The notes under the pieces: model-generated
What the model was told of the DNA's origin: nothing
What the model saw: only the letters and a program-made list of their open reading frames with translations
Databases searched by the model: none
Made by a program: the position numbers and the translations under genes
Shown: in pieces, positions 1-11,540 of the stretch
How the letters are laid out: each line of letters starts with the position of its first letter
Numbering within the stretch: the first letter of the stretch is position 1
NCBI GenBank assembly: GCA_002633005.1
Contig: NMRA01000403.1
Span: forward strand, 189,930 to 253,929
DNA: 64,000 nucleotides
DNA from: Phoronis australis
Lineage: Eukaryota; Animalia; Phoronida
Direction of reading: 5' to 3'

Positions 1-141
1 ATTTATCTACTTCTCTCTTGTTTCACTCTTTATAAGTTGTCACCATGGTTCTCTCGTATGCGATTCGAACGAGTGAAAAAGTACACAACGCTGCAAATAT
101 TTTTATCGGCTACGAACAGTCGACATTTTAGAAGCTAGGTA
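1..141 (+). repeat. Partial LTR copy of the Gypsy element
   Basis: Near-identical to LTR sequence at about 9500-9640, then switches to unrelated sequence before the n at 250. Confidence 0.85.
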
Positions 142-250
142 CAGTCAAGACTTGACTCAAGTGACCTAATTTTCGGACGTTTTGGCACGTTTTGCATTAT
201 ATTTAATTGAAAATACTACGGATTGTTGTAAATTCTTTGCTGAAATAAAN

Positions 251-1914
251 TCTTCTTCTACTAACATTCTACCAGAACTTTACTGTCTTTAATCTTATGT
301 TCGCATCCTAGTATCAGGAACGGAACTGAAACCTTTTCTTGTCTCGACCAAGACGCCGGATTATGACTGGCCACGGTCCTATCACTCACCGATATTTACG
401 GGCACCATCGATCGTGGAAGCCGTTCTATCGTTCTACTTTTTGCTTACCTCTTAATTAACACCAGCTGTTTTCTTTAGGGTTATATCCTTCATTTTTTCG
501 AGTATTCCGTGGGTACGTTGAGTTTCTGTAGCTTGTTCGGTAATTCATTGGTCGGTAGATTCCGCACGATTCCGATTCTCGTTTTCAGTCCAGTATTTTT
601 CTTGGCGATCACGCACTTAATAGCTAGGAAGTTTTAGTAATTTGATCCATGTTTGTTCGAGCGGTAACTTACTCTGATTATTTCCTCTGGTTACTTGTGG
701 TCCTTGGTTGTCTTGTTTTGATTTACGCAATGGCCAATTTCGTGGAAAGGGTTACGCAGTATTTAACTCCTGTCAGGAGATCTGCTCAATTAAATTCCGT
801 CACTTCAGTACTCTCACCCATCGAGGATCCTGCGACCCCCAACACTCCTGACCACCGCAACGTAAATGCTACAATGACAGGGAACATTAATCATTCCCCG
901 AACAACCCCTTTCTAACGCCCAGTGACCGCCCGAGAATGTCTGTTGATGAATTACGTCCGGCAGCTGGACATACTCTTCTGCCCAATGTTGTCAAAAGAA
1001 AAGAAAAACAACCGCCTATGTTTGATTCAAAAACCACCGAGTGGGTTGATTTTATTAAACAATTTGAAATTGTTTCGGGTTGGAACAATTGGACTCCCGC
1101 GGAGATGGCGATTCAGTTGTGTACGTGTCTGAAGGGACCGGCACTCAGAGTCTTGTCAGAGATTGCAGAGGATGAATTGGTTGATTATCATTCCCTCAGA
1201 ACTCTTTTAGAACAAAGGTTCAATCCCCCTGAGCGGACACTTGCCTATAGGTGTGAGTTCCGAACGCGCAAACGCGCCAAAGGCGAAAGCGCGGCAGATT
1301 TCGGCTACGCCCTAAGGCGAATGGCCGCCAAAGCGTATCCAGAACTTGACAATTTTTCGAGGGAAACATTAATTATTGACCAGTTTATCTCGGGCTTGGG
1401 TGATCAGTCTTTAAAACGTCACGTTCAGTTTAACCATCCCACTACTGCGGACTCCGCAATAGCTTTAACGGTGGAGTTCGAGGCGTTTGAGGGTTCTCAA
1501 ACGTTGAGAAAACCTTCTGACGGGGACCGCGTCATGACCATTGGGGCCGGAGGGCAAAATGCTCAATTTAATAGAATGGAGAAAGAGATCAGAGACTTGC
1601 GTGCCGAGCTAGGGCGCTTACGTAAGAAGGAATTAACTTGCTTTTCTTGTGGTGAAACCGGCCACGTAAGCTGAGAGTGTCGAGCGCAACGGCAACAGGT
1701 GGCTCAAGTCAAACAGCCAGCGGGGTCGTCAAACTAGTGTCGACTGAATCCGAGACCGGGGGTTCAGTCGAGAACTATGCTGACTCATTAGCAGGTTGTC
1801 TGTTTGTGAATGTAAATATTTACCGTAGGGAGTTTGAGGCATTGTATGATGGTGGGTCGGCGCGGACTATTATTTCTAGATCTGTGTTCGACCAGTTGAA
1901 TGATTTGGGTTCGC
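251..1914 (+). mobile_element. Truncated second copy of the Ty3/Gypsy internal region (5' UTR, gag, start of protease)
   Basis: Near-identical to about 3022-4677; starts at an n join; homology stops at 1914. Confidence 0.9.
649..1674 (+). pseudogene. gag: Gag with a premature stop inside the zinc knuckle
   Basis: Same ORF as 3420-4508, but CGA>TGA truncates CFSCGETGHVS|REC. Confidence 0.85.
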
Positions 1915-1915
1915 A

Positions 1916-2240
1916 ACAGTGATTAATGGCAAATTTGGCAAAACTGGTCAGTTTTTGGCAATCTTCGTCTTTCTCATAAACCGAGCCCACAAAGAACTCC
2001 AGAGATGCGTCAAGAACAATGACTTCAGTGGCTATATCAACATTTTCCCGACTACGCAAGATGTATTCTTTGCCCTGAACCGCCCAAACTACGCCAGATG
2101 GGGAACATTGTTTTACCAAAAGTTGAAATTGGCAAACCCAATATTACGTGAAGCGATGGAAAACGGTGCGTTCTCAGTGCTACGTACGAGGAAGAACTTC
2201 AATAGATCAGCTGTTGACCTCTCTTTGAAACAGTCTGTAT
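1916..2240 (+). mobile_element. Fragment of an Academ-like DNA transposase
   Basis: GKTGQF...FFALNRPNYARW...GAFSVLRTRKNFNRSAVDLSLKQ resembles the FFA.NH.NYARW / F..RT...FSR...DLTLEQ block I associate with Academ-type (XPG/CXC-bearing) transposases; recognised from memory. Confidence 0.55.
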
Positions 2241-2759
2241 TTTTTATGTTCGATATGGTGTTCTCCAAAAAGGCTGAAAACACCTCTGCGGCACGTGATA
2301 TTGGGTACGTATGGTTGTGTTAGATTTCGTGTAAACTATCAAAGCTGTAACGTAGATAAAAAATTCTGTTCATGTTGCGAATATGTTATTCACAACTGAT
2401 TCGTGGGTATAACGAGTCTTATAAATTTTTCATTTTAGTTAGATTGACAATTATTTCACAGATATGGGGGCAATGGAACTGTTCGCTTTTTGTCTTCATA
2501 GTGAATATAAAACACGTTTGAATTCATTATTCATAGATGTTGTATATGGTGCTCAGCCACCGTGGCGACGGACCCGGGCATCCACATTGGGGAAGGGGGT
2601 ATCCAACCACTATGTATAATATTTTTGGAAATAGTGACTGAATTGCAGTTGAATCAAATAAAGAATCTAGTTTATGCTTCACCTTTTTTTACTTTTATTA
2701 TAAATAATACAGGCCCATAGTCAGTAGGGGGGGAGGGTTCGGGGGGTTCGATCGAACCN

Positions 2760-2980
2760 TTGTAGATCTGTGTTTCATATATATCGCATAATAAAATTCA
2801 GTATATTTATCTACTTCTCTCTTGTTTCACTCCCTATAAGTTGTCACCATGGTTCTCTCGTATGCGATTCGAACGAGTGAAAAAGTACACAACGCTGCAA
2901 ATATTTTTATCGGCTACGAACAGTCGACATTTTAGAAACTAAATAGATCGGTGCTGGTCGCTCCACCGATTCCCGTTACA
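2760..2980 (+). repeat. 5' LTR (3' 221 bp; the rest is lost at the n join)
   Basis: 3 mismatches against 9455-9675; ends ...CCGTTACA just before the PBS. Confidence 0.92.
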
Positions 2981-2982
2981 TT

Positions 2983-3000
2983 TGGTGCCGTGGCCCGGAT
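2983..3000 (+). promoter_or_regulatory. Primer binding site, tRNA-His type
   Basis: TGGTGCCGTGGCCCGGAT 2 nt after the LTR end; close to the complement of the tRNA-His 3' end (TGGTGCCGTGACTCGGAT). Confidence 0.8.
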
Positions 3001-3419
3001 GAACCTGTGGTGATAACTTTTTCTTCTTCTACTAACATTCTACCAGAACTTTACTGTCTTTAATCTTATGTTCGCATCCTAGTATCAGGAACGGAACAGA
3101 AACCTTTTCTTGTCTCGACCAAGACGCCGGATTATGACTGGCCACGGTCCTATCACTCACCGATATTTACGGGCACCATCGATCGTGGAAGCCGTTCTAT
3201 CGTTCTACTTTGTGCTTACCTCTTAATTAACACCAGCTGTTTTCTTTAGGGTTATATCCTTCATTTTTTCGGGTATTCCGTGGGTACGTTGAGTTTCTGT
3301 AGCTTGTTCGGTAATTCATTGGTCGGTAGATTCCGCACGATTCCGGTTCTCGTTTTCAGTCCAGTATTTTTCTTGGCGATCACGCACTTAATAGCTAGGA
3401 AGTTTTAGTAATTTGGTCC

Positions 3420-4508
3420 ATGTTTGTTCGAGCGGTAACTTACTCTGATTATTTCCTCTGGTTATTTGTGGTCCTTGGTTGTCTTGTTTTGATTTACGCA
3501 ATGGCCAATTTCATGGAAAGGGTTACGCAGTATTTAACTCCTGTCAGGAGATCTGCTCAATTAAATTCCGACACTTCAGTACTCTCACCCATCGAGGATC
3601 CTGCGACCCCCAACACTCCTGACCACCGCAACGTAAATGCTACAATGACAGGGAACATTAATCATTCCCCGAACAACCCCTTTCTAACGCCCAGTGACCG
3701 CCCGAGAATGTCTGTTGATGAATTACGTCCGGCAGCTGGACATACTCTTCTGCCCAATGTTGTCAAAAGAAAAGAAAAACATCCGCCTATGTTTGATTCA
3801 AAAACCACCGAGTGGGTTGATTTTATTAAACAATTTGAAATTGTTTCGGGTTGGAACAATTGGACTCCCGCCGAAATGGCGATTCAGCTGTGTACGTGTC
3901 TGAAGGGACCGGCACTCAGAGTCTTGTCAGAGATCGCAGAGGATGAATTGGTTGATTATCATTCTCTCAGAAATCTTTTAGAACAAAGGTTCAATCCCCC
4001 TGAGCGGACACCTGCCTATAGGTGTGAGTTCCGCACGCGCAAACGCGCCAAAGGCGAAAGCGCGGCAGATTTCTGGTACGCCCTAAGGCGAATGGCCGCA
4101 AAAGCGTATCCCGAACTTGACAATATTTCGAGGGAAACATTAATTATTGACCAGTTTATCTCGGGCTTGGGTGATCAGTCTTTAAAACGTCACGTTCAGT
4201 TTAACCATCCCACTACTGCGGACTCCGCCATAGCTTTAGCGGTGGAGTTCGAGGCGTTTGAGGGTTCTCAAACGTTGAGAAAACCTTCTGACGGGGACCG
4301 CGTCATGACCATTGGGGCCGGAGGGCAAAATGCTCAATTTAATAGAATGGAGAAAGAGATCAGAGACTTGCGTGCCGAGCTAGGGCGCTTTCGTAAGAAG
4401 GAATTGACTTGCTTTTCTTGTGGTGAAACCGGCCACGTAAGCCGAGAGTGTCGAGTGCAACGGCAACAGGTGGCTCAAGTCAAACAGCCAGTGGGGTCGT
4501 CAAACTAG
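3420..4508 (+). CDS. gag: Retrotransposon Gag (capsid-like domain, CCHC knuckle) with an N-terminal hydrophobic segment
   Basis: 362 aa intact ORF; CFSCGETGHVSREC = CX2CX4HX4C; capsid-like FEIVSGWNNW and IIDQFISGL blocks. Confidence 0.92.
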   Translation: MFVRAVTYSDYFLWLFVVLGCLVLIYAMANFMERVTQYLTPVRRSAQLNSDTSVLSPIEDPATPNTPDHRNVNATMTGNINHSPNNPFLTPSDRPRMSVDELRPAAGHTLLPNVVKRKEKHPPMFDSKTTEWVDFIKQFEIVSGWNNWTPAEMAIQLCTCLKGPALRVLSEIAEDELVDYHSLRNLLEQRFNPPERTPAYRCEFRTRKRAKGESAADFWYALRRMAAKAYPELDNISRETLIIDQFISGLGDQSLKRHVQFNHPTTADSAIALAVEFEAFEGSQTLRKPSDGDRVMTIGAGGQNAQFNRMEKEIRDLRAELGRFRKKELTCFSCGETGHVSRECRVQRQQVAQVKQPVGSSN

Positions 4509-4541
4509 TTTCGACTGAACCCGAAACCGGGGGTTCAGTCG
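4499..4541 (+). promoter_or_regulatory. Putative -1 ribosomal frameshift signal at the gag-pol junction
   Basis: G_TCA_AAC before the gag stop, 6-nt spacer, perfect 11-bp stem CGACTGAACCC/GGGTTCAGTCG; pol is in the -1 frame. Confidence 0.7.
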
Positions 4542-7500
4542 GGAACTATGCTGACTCATTAGCAGGTTGTCTGTTTGTGAACGTAAGTATTTACCGCAGG
4601 GAGTTTGAAGCATTGTATGATGGTGGGTCGGCACGGACTATTATTTCTGTTCGACCAGTTGAATGATTTGGGTTCGCGAGATTTGCGCCCCATTTCCGTA
4701 AGCGGTAACTTGATCAGAGGTTATGGAGAGATAGAAATTAGTTTTAGTATTGGAGGTTTATATTTTAGTCAGGTAGTAGTTGTTACTGAGATTGATTTTC
4801 CAGTTATTCTGGGTTTGGATTTTATGAAGCGTAATTGTTGTACGCTTTCTAATTTTCCAAACAAAGATATTTTGACGGTTCGGAGGCGAGAGTTTCCTCT
4901 ACACCACAGAAATGTGCATTTTAGTGGAGTGGTAATACCGAGAGTTGTATGTGCTGAGAAAATACCCTCGGTAGGCTTAGTGAATTCAGATTCTGTTCCG
5001 GCAGGGCGTGGCGAAGGGGTGGTGCCTCCTCATTTGGTATCATTGATCGTGAACGCAATAGAGGGGCTCAACCCTGAGCAGGCTGCCAAGGTTAGAGCAT
5101 TGACTTTGAATTATGTTGACGTTTTTGAGGGACCAAATGGAGAGTTGGGTCTCACTGATAGAGTCCAACATAAAATCCATACGGGGGACAGCCATCCCAT
5201 CAAACAAACACCGAGACGTATTCCTCTCGCACAACGTGAAATTGTGGATCAGGAGATTGAGAAAATGATTTCTGCAGGTATCATTGAGCCTAGCGACAGC
5301 CCTTGGGCGTCTAATATTTGTTTGGTTCCTAAAAAGACGGATAGTTCAGGTGAGAAAAGTTGGAGAGTTTGTATTGATTTTAGAGCGTTGAATTCCGTTA
5401 CAACCAAAGATGCACTGCATTTCCGCTCCCGAGAATAGATTCGTGTTTAGATCAGTTGGGTGGTAATTCGTTTTTTTCGTCGCTTGACTTGGCTAGTGGT
5501 TACTGGCAAGTTCCCATGGCGGAAGAGGACAAAGAGAAAACTGCATTTTACGCACCTGGTCGTGGTTTGTGGGCATTCAAGGTCTTACCATTTGGTCTTT
5601 GTAATGCAGTCGGCTCGTTTGCGCGACTGATGGAGAATGTTTTAGAGGGTTTATTATGGAATAAGTGTTTAGTGTACATAGACGACGTCTTGTGTTATGC
5701 TAAAACATTTGATGGCGCGTTATCCGATTTAGAACAAGTTTTCATTCGTTTACGTAACGCTGGTTTGAGGCTGAAGCCTAGAAAGTGCACACTGTTTAAA
5801 CGCAAAGTTAACTTTTTAGGGCATGTACTGTAGTTACGACAGATGGTATAGCTTGTGACCCCGCGAAAGTTGAGGCGGTCTCGTCCGATAGGTGTCACCA
5901 ATGTACGGAGTTTTCTTGGGTTTGCCTCGTACTATATATAGAAAGTTCATTCCCGACTTTTCTACGATCGCTGCTCCGTTGACGGCACTGACGAGGAAAA
6001 ATCGTAAATTCGTATGGGATGACTCGTGTGAGGAGACTTTTAATAGGCTGAAGGATGCGTTGACTGATCACCCTATTTTGTCATTTCCCGACCGTGACGG
6101 TGGTGAGTTCATTTTAGACACGGACGCGAGTGCCTTTGGCATCTCGGGTGTTTTGTCTCAGGTACAGAATGGTGAGGAGAAAGTTCTAGCGTATGCCAGC
6201 AAAATTTTGTCTAAATCTCAGCAGGGGTATTGTACTACCTATCGTGAATTATTGGCCGTGGTGACGTTTGTAAAACATTTTCGTCATTATTTGTGGGGTA
6301 GGAAATTTACAGTGAGATCTGATCATAGTTCTTTAAGGTGGCTAAGAAACTTTAAGGAACCTACTGATATGGTAGCTAGATGGATTGCTATTTTGGACAC
6401 TTATGATTTTGAAATCAAACATCCTAAGGGGAGTGTTCACGGGAACGCTGATGGTCTTTCTAGGAAACCCCGGCGACGTTGTCAGCGTGAAGATTGCCAA
6501 CAATGCGCAAATTGTTGTTTTGTAGCGGCAGCTGTGCCGAAATGCGGGAAACGTAAGGTTAGTAGTGAATCCTGTGACTCTAGAGTTTGGTTGCCAACTT
6601 GGAGTTCAGAGGAGCTGCGCAAGTTTCAACTCGATAATTCGGTCATTGGTCCCGTTGTTTTAAGAAAAGAGGCTTCGGTAGAAAAACCCTGTTTTGATGA
6701 AATCGGTGGTTATGATAGATTAACCAAACGTTTAGTGAGTGAATGGAATTTGCTTGAGTTTAGAGATTGTGTTTTATATCGACGATGGGTCGATAGTGAT
6801 GGTCTTGGAGATTAACTAGTGGTAGTGGTTCCGCAAGTTCTGCGAAGTGAAATTATGAAGGCTTTGCATGACAGTCGTACGGCAGGTCATCTTGGTAGGG
6901 AGAGAACTTTAAAAGCTGTGAGAACACGATTTTACTGGCCAGGGTTATTAGGAGATGTCACTTGGTGGTGTCGCAAGTGCGACATGTGTGCACGTCGGAA
7001 ACCAGGTCCAGGACGGGGTCGTGCCCCTCTCAAGCCCAGTAAAGTAGGCGCTCCCTTTCAACGTATTGCGATTGACATCATGGGCCCTCTCACTGAAACA
7101 GAAAATGGTAATAAGTACATTATGGTTGTTGGTGATTATTTTAGTAAATGGGTTGAAGCCTATAGTACTACCTAATCACACAGCTTATACTGTTGCAGAT
7201 ACTCTGATGACTCAGTTCATTAGTTGGTGTTCCTAAATTTTTGCATTCTGACCAGGGTAAAGAATTTGAGAGTGAGCTTATGGCCGAACTTTGTAAACTT
7301 TTACGGATCAGTAAAACGCGAACTACAACCTATCGTCCGCAGAGTGACGGTATGATTGAGCGTTTTAATCGAACTGTTCAGCAGATGCTGGCTATGTTTG
7401 TGAATGATAGTCATGAGGATTGGGATGATCATTTACCATATGTCATGATGGCTTACCGATCTACAGTTCATGATAGCACAGGCTGTACTCCATATAAGTT

Positions 7501-7929
7501 GATTTTTGGTCGCGAGGTGTCGCTTCCTATTGATATTATGGTTGGTCTGTGGAGGCGGATTCGGACTCCTCTCCTTCATGCTTGGTTGAATATGTTGAGT
7601 GGCTGAGGTCGTCTGTCCACAACTCTTTCGAATTTGCTAGAGAGAACCTACAAAACAGTTCTAGGCGCCAGAAAACGTATTACGACGCTAAAACAGTTTT
7701 GAATAAATTTGAGGAGGGTAGTTTTGTTTATAGGTGGTACCCACCCACTGCTCAACAGAAATTGGGATTGGGTCGGCGGGGTCCCTATTTGGTTGTTGCA
7801 AAGTTAAGTGACTACATTTACAGAATTCAGGAAGGACCTGGCGCTCGTGCAATTGTGGTACACGTAGACCATTTAAAGGCCTGTTCACAGGAGGGCTTGG
7901 TTCCCTGGCATAACGCAAAGTTGTCGTGA
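4505..7929 (+). pseudogene. pol: Pol polyprotein (aspartic protease, RT, RNase H, integrase) with several frameshifts and stops
   Basis: LYDGGS protease; LDLASGYWQV, LPFGL, YIDD RT; FILDTDAS RNase H; HHCC and DIMGP...HSDQG...ERFN integrase; split across 7 ORF pieces. Confidence 0.93.
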
Positions 7930-9111
7930 GGACTCGATTGGGACCTCAGGGGTCTCACGCTCCACCGGCTAAATTGAAAAGGCTTTGTCCAGTCACGCGT
8001 TGTGGGTAATAAATCGAGATAATGATACCAACAGCCGACGCGACAAGCAGAACTACTTTCTTTTACTTCATTTGTGCACTAACTGGAGAAATTTAGAATT
8101 AGACTTTTAAACACTATCCGATCTTCAACTTTTTTCGGGAGACTTAAATCTCAGTGTAGTTTGCGCAAAGACGATGTGCAATTTTTGGAGGTGTATTGAC
8201 GATGATCAACGTTAAANNNNNNNNNNNNNNNNNNNNNNNNNNNNNNNNNNNNNNNNNNNNNNNNNNNNNNNNNNNNNNNNNNNNNNNNNNNNNNNNNNNN
8301 NNNNNNNNNNNNNNNNNNNNNNNNNNNNNNNNNNNNNNNNNNNNNNNNNNNNNNNNNNNNNNNNNNNNNNNNNNNNNNNNNNNNNNNNNNNNNNNNNNNN
8401 NNNNNNNNNNNNNNNNNNNNNNNNNNNNNNNNNNNNNNNNNNNNNNNNNNNNNNNNNNNNNNNNNNNNNNNNNNNNNNNNNNNNNNNNNNNNNNNNNNNN
8501 NNNNNNNNNNNNNNNNNNNNNNNNNNNNNNNNNNNNNNNNNNNNNNNNNNNNNNNNNNNNNNNNNNNNNNNNNNNNNNNNNNNNNNNNNNNNNNNNNNNN
8601 NNNNNNNNNNNNNNNNNNCAGTGTTCATGATTTCACCTGGATTAAGTTCGGTAACCTACGGCTCTAATCTCCGACAACTGGGCTGTGCTGCTAAAAAGAA
8701 AGTTAACTAATAACATATTTGAACATAAAACCAATAGCATTTCTGAATTTCTTGTCAAATGCTGATCATATTTAGTTTTTGAATCACCAAAGTCTCCCAA
8801 CTACAACCGAGATTAAGACAGTTCATTCCGCCAGGTTTCAGTTAACCCTTTGAAGCCTGGGAGATAATTGGCCTTCCTGTTGTCGTACGGGACAAAAGAC
8901 TGTGGTAGGCAGTTCCCAAGGAAACACGTTCAAAACCCCTCACGTCTGCAATAGTTCAATAGTGCTGAACGACAGTACGTCGTCATGCACTTGCCCGGTG
9001 TTCAGCTCCCCGTTACAAGTGTGACGGGAGCGCCGTCTATTGGTGGAGCCGTGAGTGAGGACGAGTCGTCAGTTTAGTCTCAGAAGCTAGAGTGTGTTAC
9101 TACTATATTTT

Positions 9112-9118
9112 AAAGGGG
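9112..9118 (+). other. Polypurine tract
   Basis: AAAGGGG immediately before the TG start of the 3' LTR. Confidence 0.65.
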
Positions 9119-9675
9119 TGTAAGATGGTCAAGTCCTTATATGGAACTTCCGATGACGAAATTTTTAGTTCTATTCTGATTGGTTTTCACATTTATCTTG
9201 AGACCCCTATTTTAGCGTAATTTGGAACATTCGCGGTGCGAATAAGCCTATAAAAATGGGCCCCACACGCTAAAACTTCGGATTTTGCCGGGTCTCGACT
9301 CTATCCGCAAGGAATCCCAACCAAACAACCTAACTGTTTGGGCCTTTTAAATTTGGATTTTGACGTTTTTAGCGAATTCTTCTTGTTTATAAATTCTTTG
9401 TGTGTTAAAAGTTAAAGCTGCGATGACGACGGAAGTTAGCGATGAGTTGTAAGTTTGTAGATCTGTGTTTCATATATATCGCATAATAAAATTCAGTATA
9501 TTTATCTACTTCTCTCTTGTTTCACTCTCTATAAGTTGTCACCATGGTTCTCTCGTATGCGATTCGAACGAGTGAAAAAGTACACAACGCTGCAAATATT
9601 TTTATCGGCTACGAACAGTCGACATTTTAGAAACTAGGTAGATCGGTGCTGGTCGCTCCACCGATTCCCGTTACA
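9119..9675 (+). repeat. 3' LTR, 557 bp
   Basis: TGTAA...TTACA termini; internal AATAAA at 9485-9490; matches 2760-2980. Confidence 0.9.
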
Positions 9676-11029
9676 CAGGGACCGAAATGTCTTACATCCC
9701 GTTTAGCAAGAAAAAATGTAACACCTCGAATCTAAATAGAGGGCCTCTACGGTGCTTGGGACCTGGTTCCAAGCTGCATGAGACCAAGGCGGTGCCGAAA
9801 CGGGCGCAACGAAGGCCTCAGTAGTGCAGCGGGGGGACGGGTTTTGTGTGCCGCGCAGCACGGCCCGGGAATGAGCGTATGCTGCAGTACTGTTTAGAGT
9901 TAAATATAGTATAAAGATGTCTATGATAACAACACAGTACTGGTGTCACTGGTATTGGTGAAAGTTGCATTTAAAATCCGTGCATGTTACTACTAAGTTC
10001 AAAATAGGATCACTTGCGCAGAGTATACATTTGTTGTCTAACTGTATTGTCAGATAAAAGCCTAACCTGCCACCTGTTGGCTGTCAATAACCTATTTAAG
10101 CAATGACTCATCGAAACTTCTGGAATTACCCACTGAGGAGTACTTTCAGTTCGCTGCGTAATATTCGCTGGACGAAGAAGAACCGCAGGTATTCTAACGA
10201 CCAGACATTGACCATGGCATCTAACAAGGAATCATGTCGTTTACATCTCGGTTGGGCAGAATTGGAAGAGGTGAGAGTTTTCTCAGAAATCATTTCATCT
10301 TTTCGCCCCTCCCCTGACATAGTCGTTGAAATCTTGTATGCTGAATATATTTATTTAGGGCGGGCTTTTGAAGTTTGATTGTTTAACCCGCGGCGTTATG
10401 TCGACGATCAGCGTGACTTTACAATCAACTTAATGGTTTGTTAAGTTAATGAACGTTTTGAGACCCACATTCATGTCAATGTTGTTGGCAAAAGACATTT
10501 TAAGTTACACCCTTGTACTGTCGCAAAATGGCTTAATTCAGTCGCACTAGGAATTTCCCAATATCACCGCAGAGGAGGGGCGGAGCCTGGGTGAGTACCA
10601 CTTCATAGAAAATAATAAAAGTCTACCTCTGCACGTTTGGTTTCATGCATGCCTTTTGCCAATGGACATTTATAAAACTCGATTGTTGGCACAGACCAAA
10701 CCATTGTTGTCACACCAAACCAACCATCAATCACTCCCTTCCTCAAGCCTGAAATTTTATGTCTTCCACCGGTTTATGCACTTATTTCACAAGCTGGTCG
10801 CCATTTTTTTTCTTGTCTCAACTCAAAAATTCTATTTGGTTGCCAACGTGTGTTTAGAAGGTGTGGTTTGAGCTGTTATGACTGTCTGGAAATAGCAAGA
10901 TCAGTGTAGCCCTCACCTGGACTCGGCCTGATCCCCTCGATCCAGATTGTCATTGCAAATAAAATGTCAGGCTGAAGATATCCTTACATTCTAAAAATGT
11001 AGATGGGAGAATAACTCTATACGCATGTT

Positions 11030-11540
11030 ACGGTAGTGGAGCGTTAACTCCTAGAGTATACTTTCACTTCTGGGTAAGACTGACTTCAGTGATGTCACAG
11101 TTTTCGCCAGGTGTATTGTAAACGAGACTGGTTAAGGTGACCGTCTATATTTTCACTAAGGTCGTGTTCTTCAAATAACTTTCTCACCGAACGCCTTTTG
11201 TCAAGCTCAAGAAAAGGGCTGTGAATGTAGACTCACAAGTATTCACGGTTCATGGCATTTGTGCGTTGTTGAGTGTAGGTCTGTGTGCGCATTTCATAGT
11301 GGAACGTTAATTACTGCATTCTACGTTCACTTCTGAGAAGACCAGCCTCAGTGTTAACTACGCGATAGGATCTCGGCTATGAAGCAAGACCTCGCGAGGC
11401 AAGACCGCTCTCATTGGTTAATGTCAACCGTCCAGTTGTCCTAATTTAGGTCATGTTCTATAAATAACGTTATGCCACTGTATACCAAGCCAAGAAAAAC
11501 AATGAATGTTGACTGGCGCTCACACTGTCCATGACAACTC
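11030..11540. repeat. Old, diverged tandem duplication (unit about 265-290 bp)
   Basis: TAGTGGA.CGTTAA...TTCACTTCTG...TCAGTG and AAATAAC...CAAGAAAA...TGAATGT blocks each occur twice. Confidence 0.5.

Larger units (their letters stand above)
2760..9675 (+). mobile_element. Ty3/Gypsy LTR retrotransposon, near full length, pol decayed, spans an N gap
   Basis: Partial 5' LTR 2760-2980, PBS, gag, PR-RT-RH-INT domain order, PPT, 3' LTR 9119-9675. Confidence 0.93.

Noticed and set aside
8196-8630. Long X-containing ORFs here and at 12623-13103 and 43965-44810
   Set aside because: Artefacts of translating N gaps.
7930-9111. Possible env or third ORF in the Gypsy element
   Set aside because: No ORF in the sequenced part; the rest is a gap.
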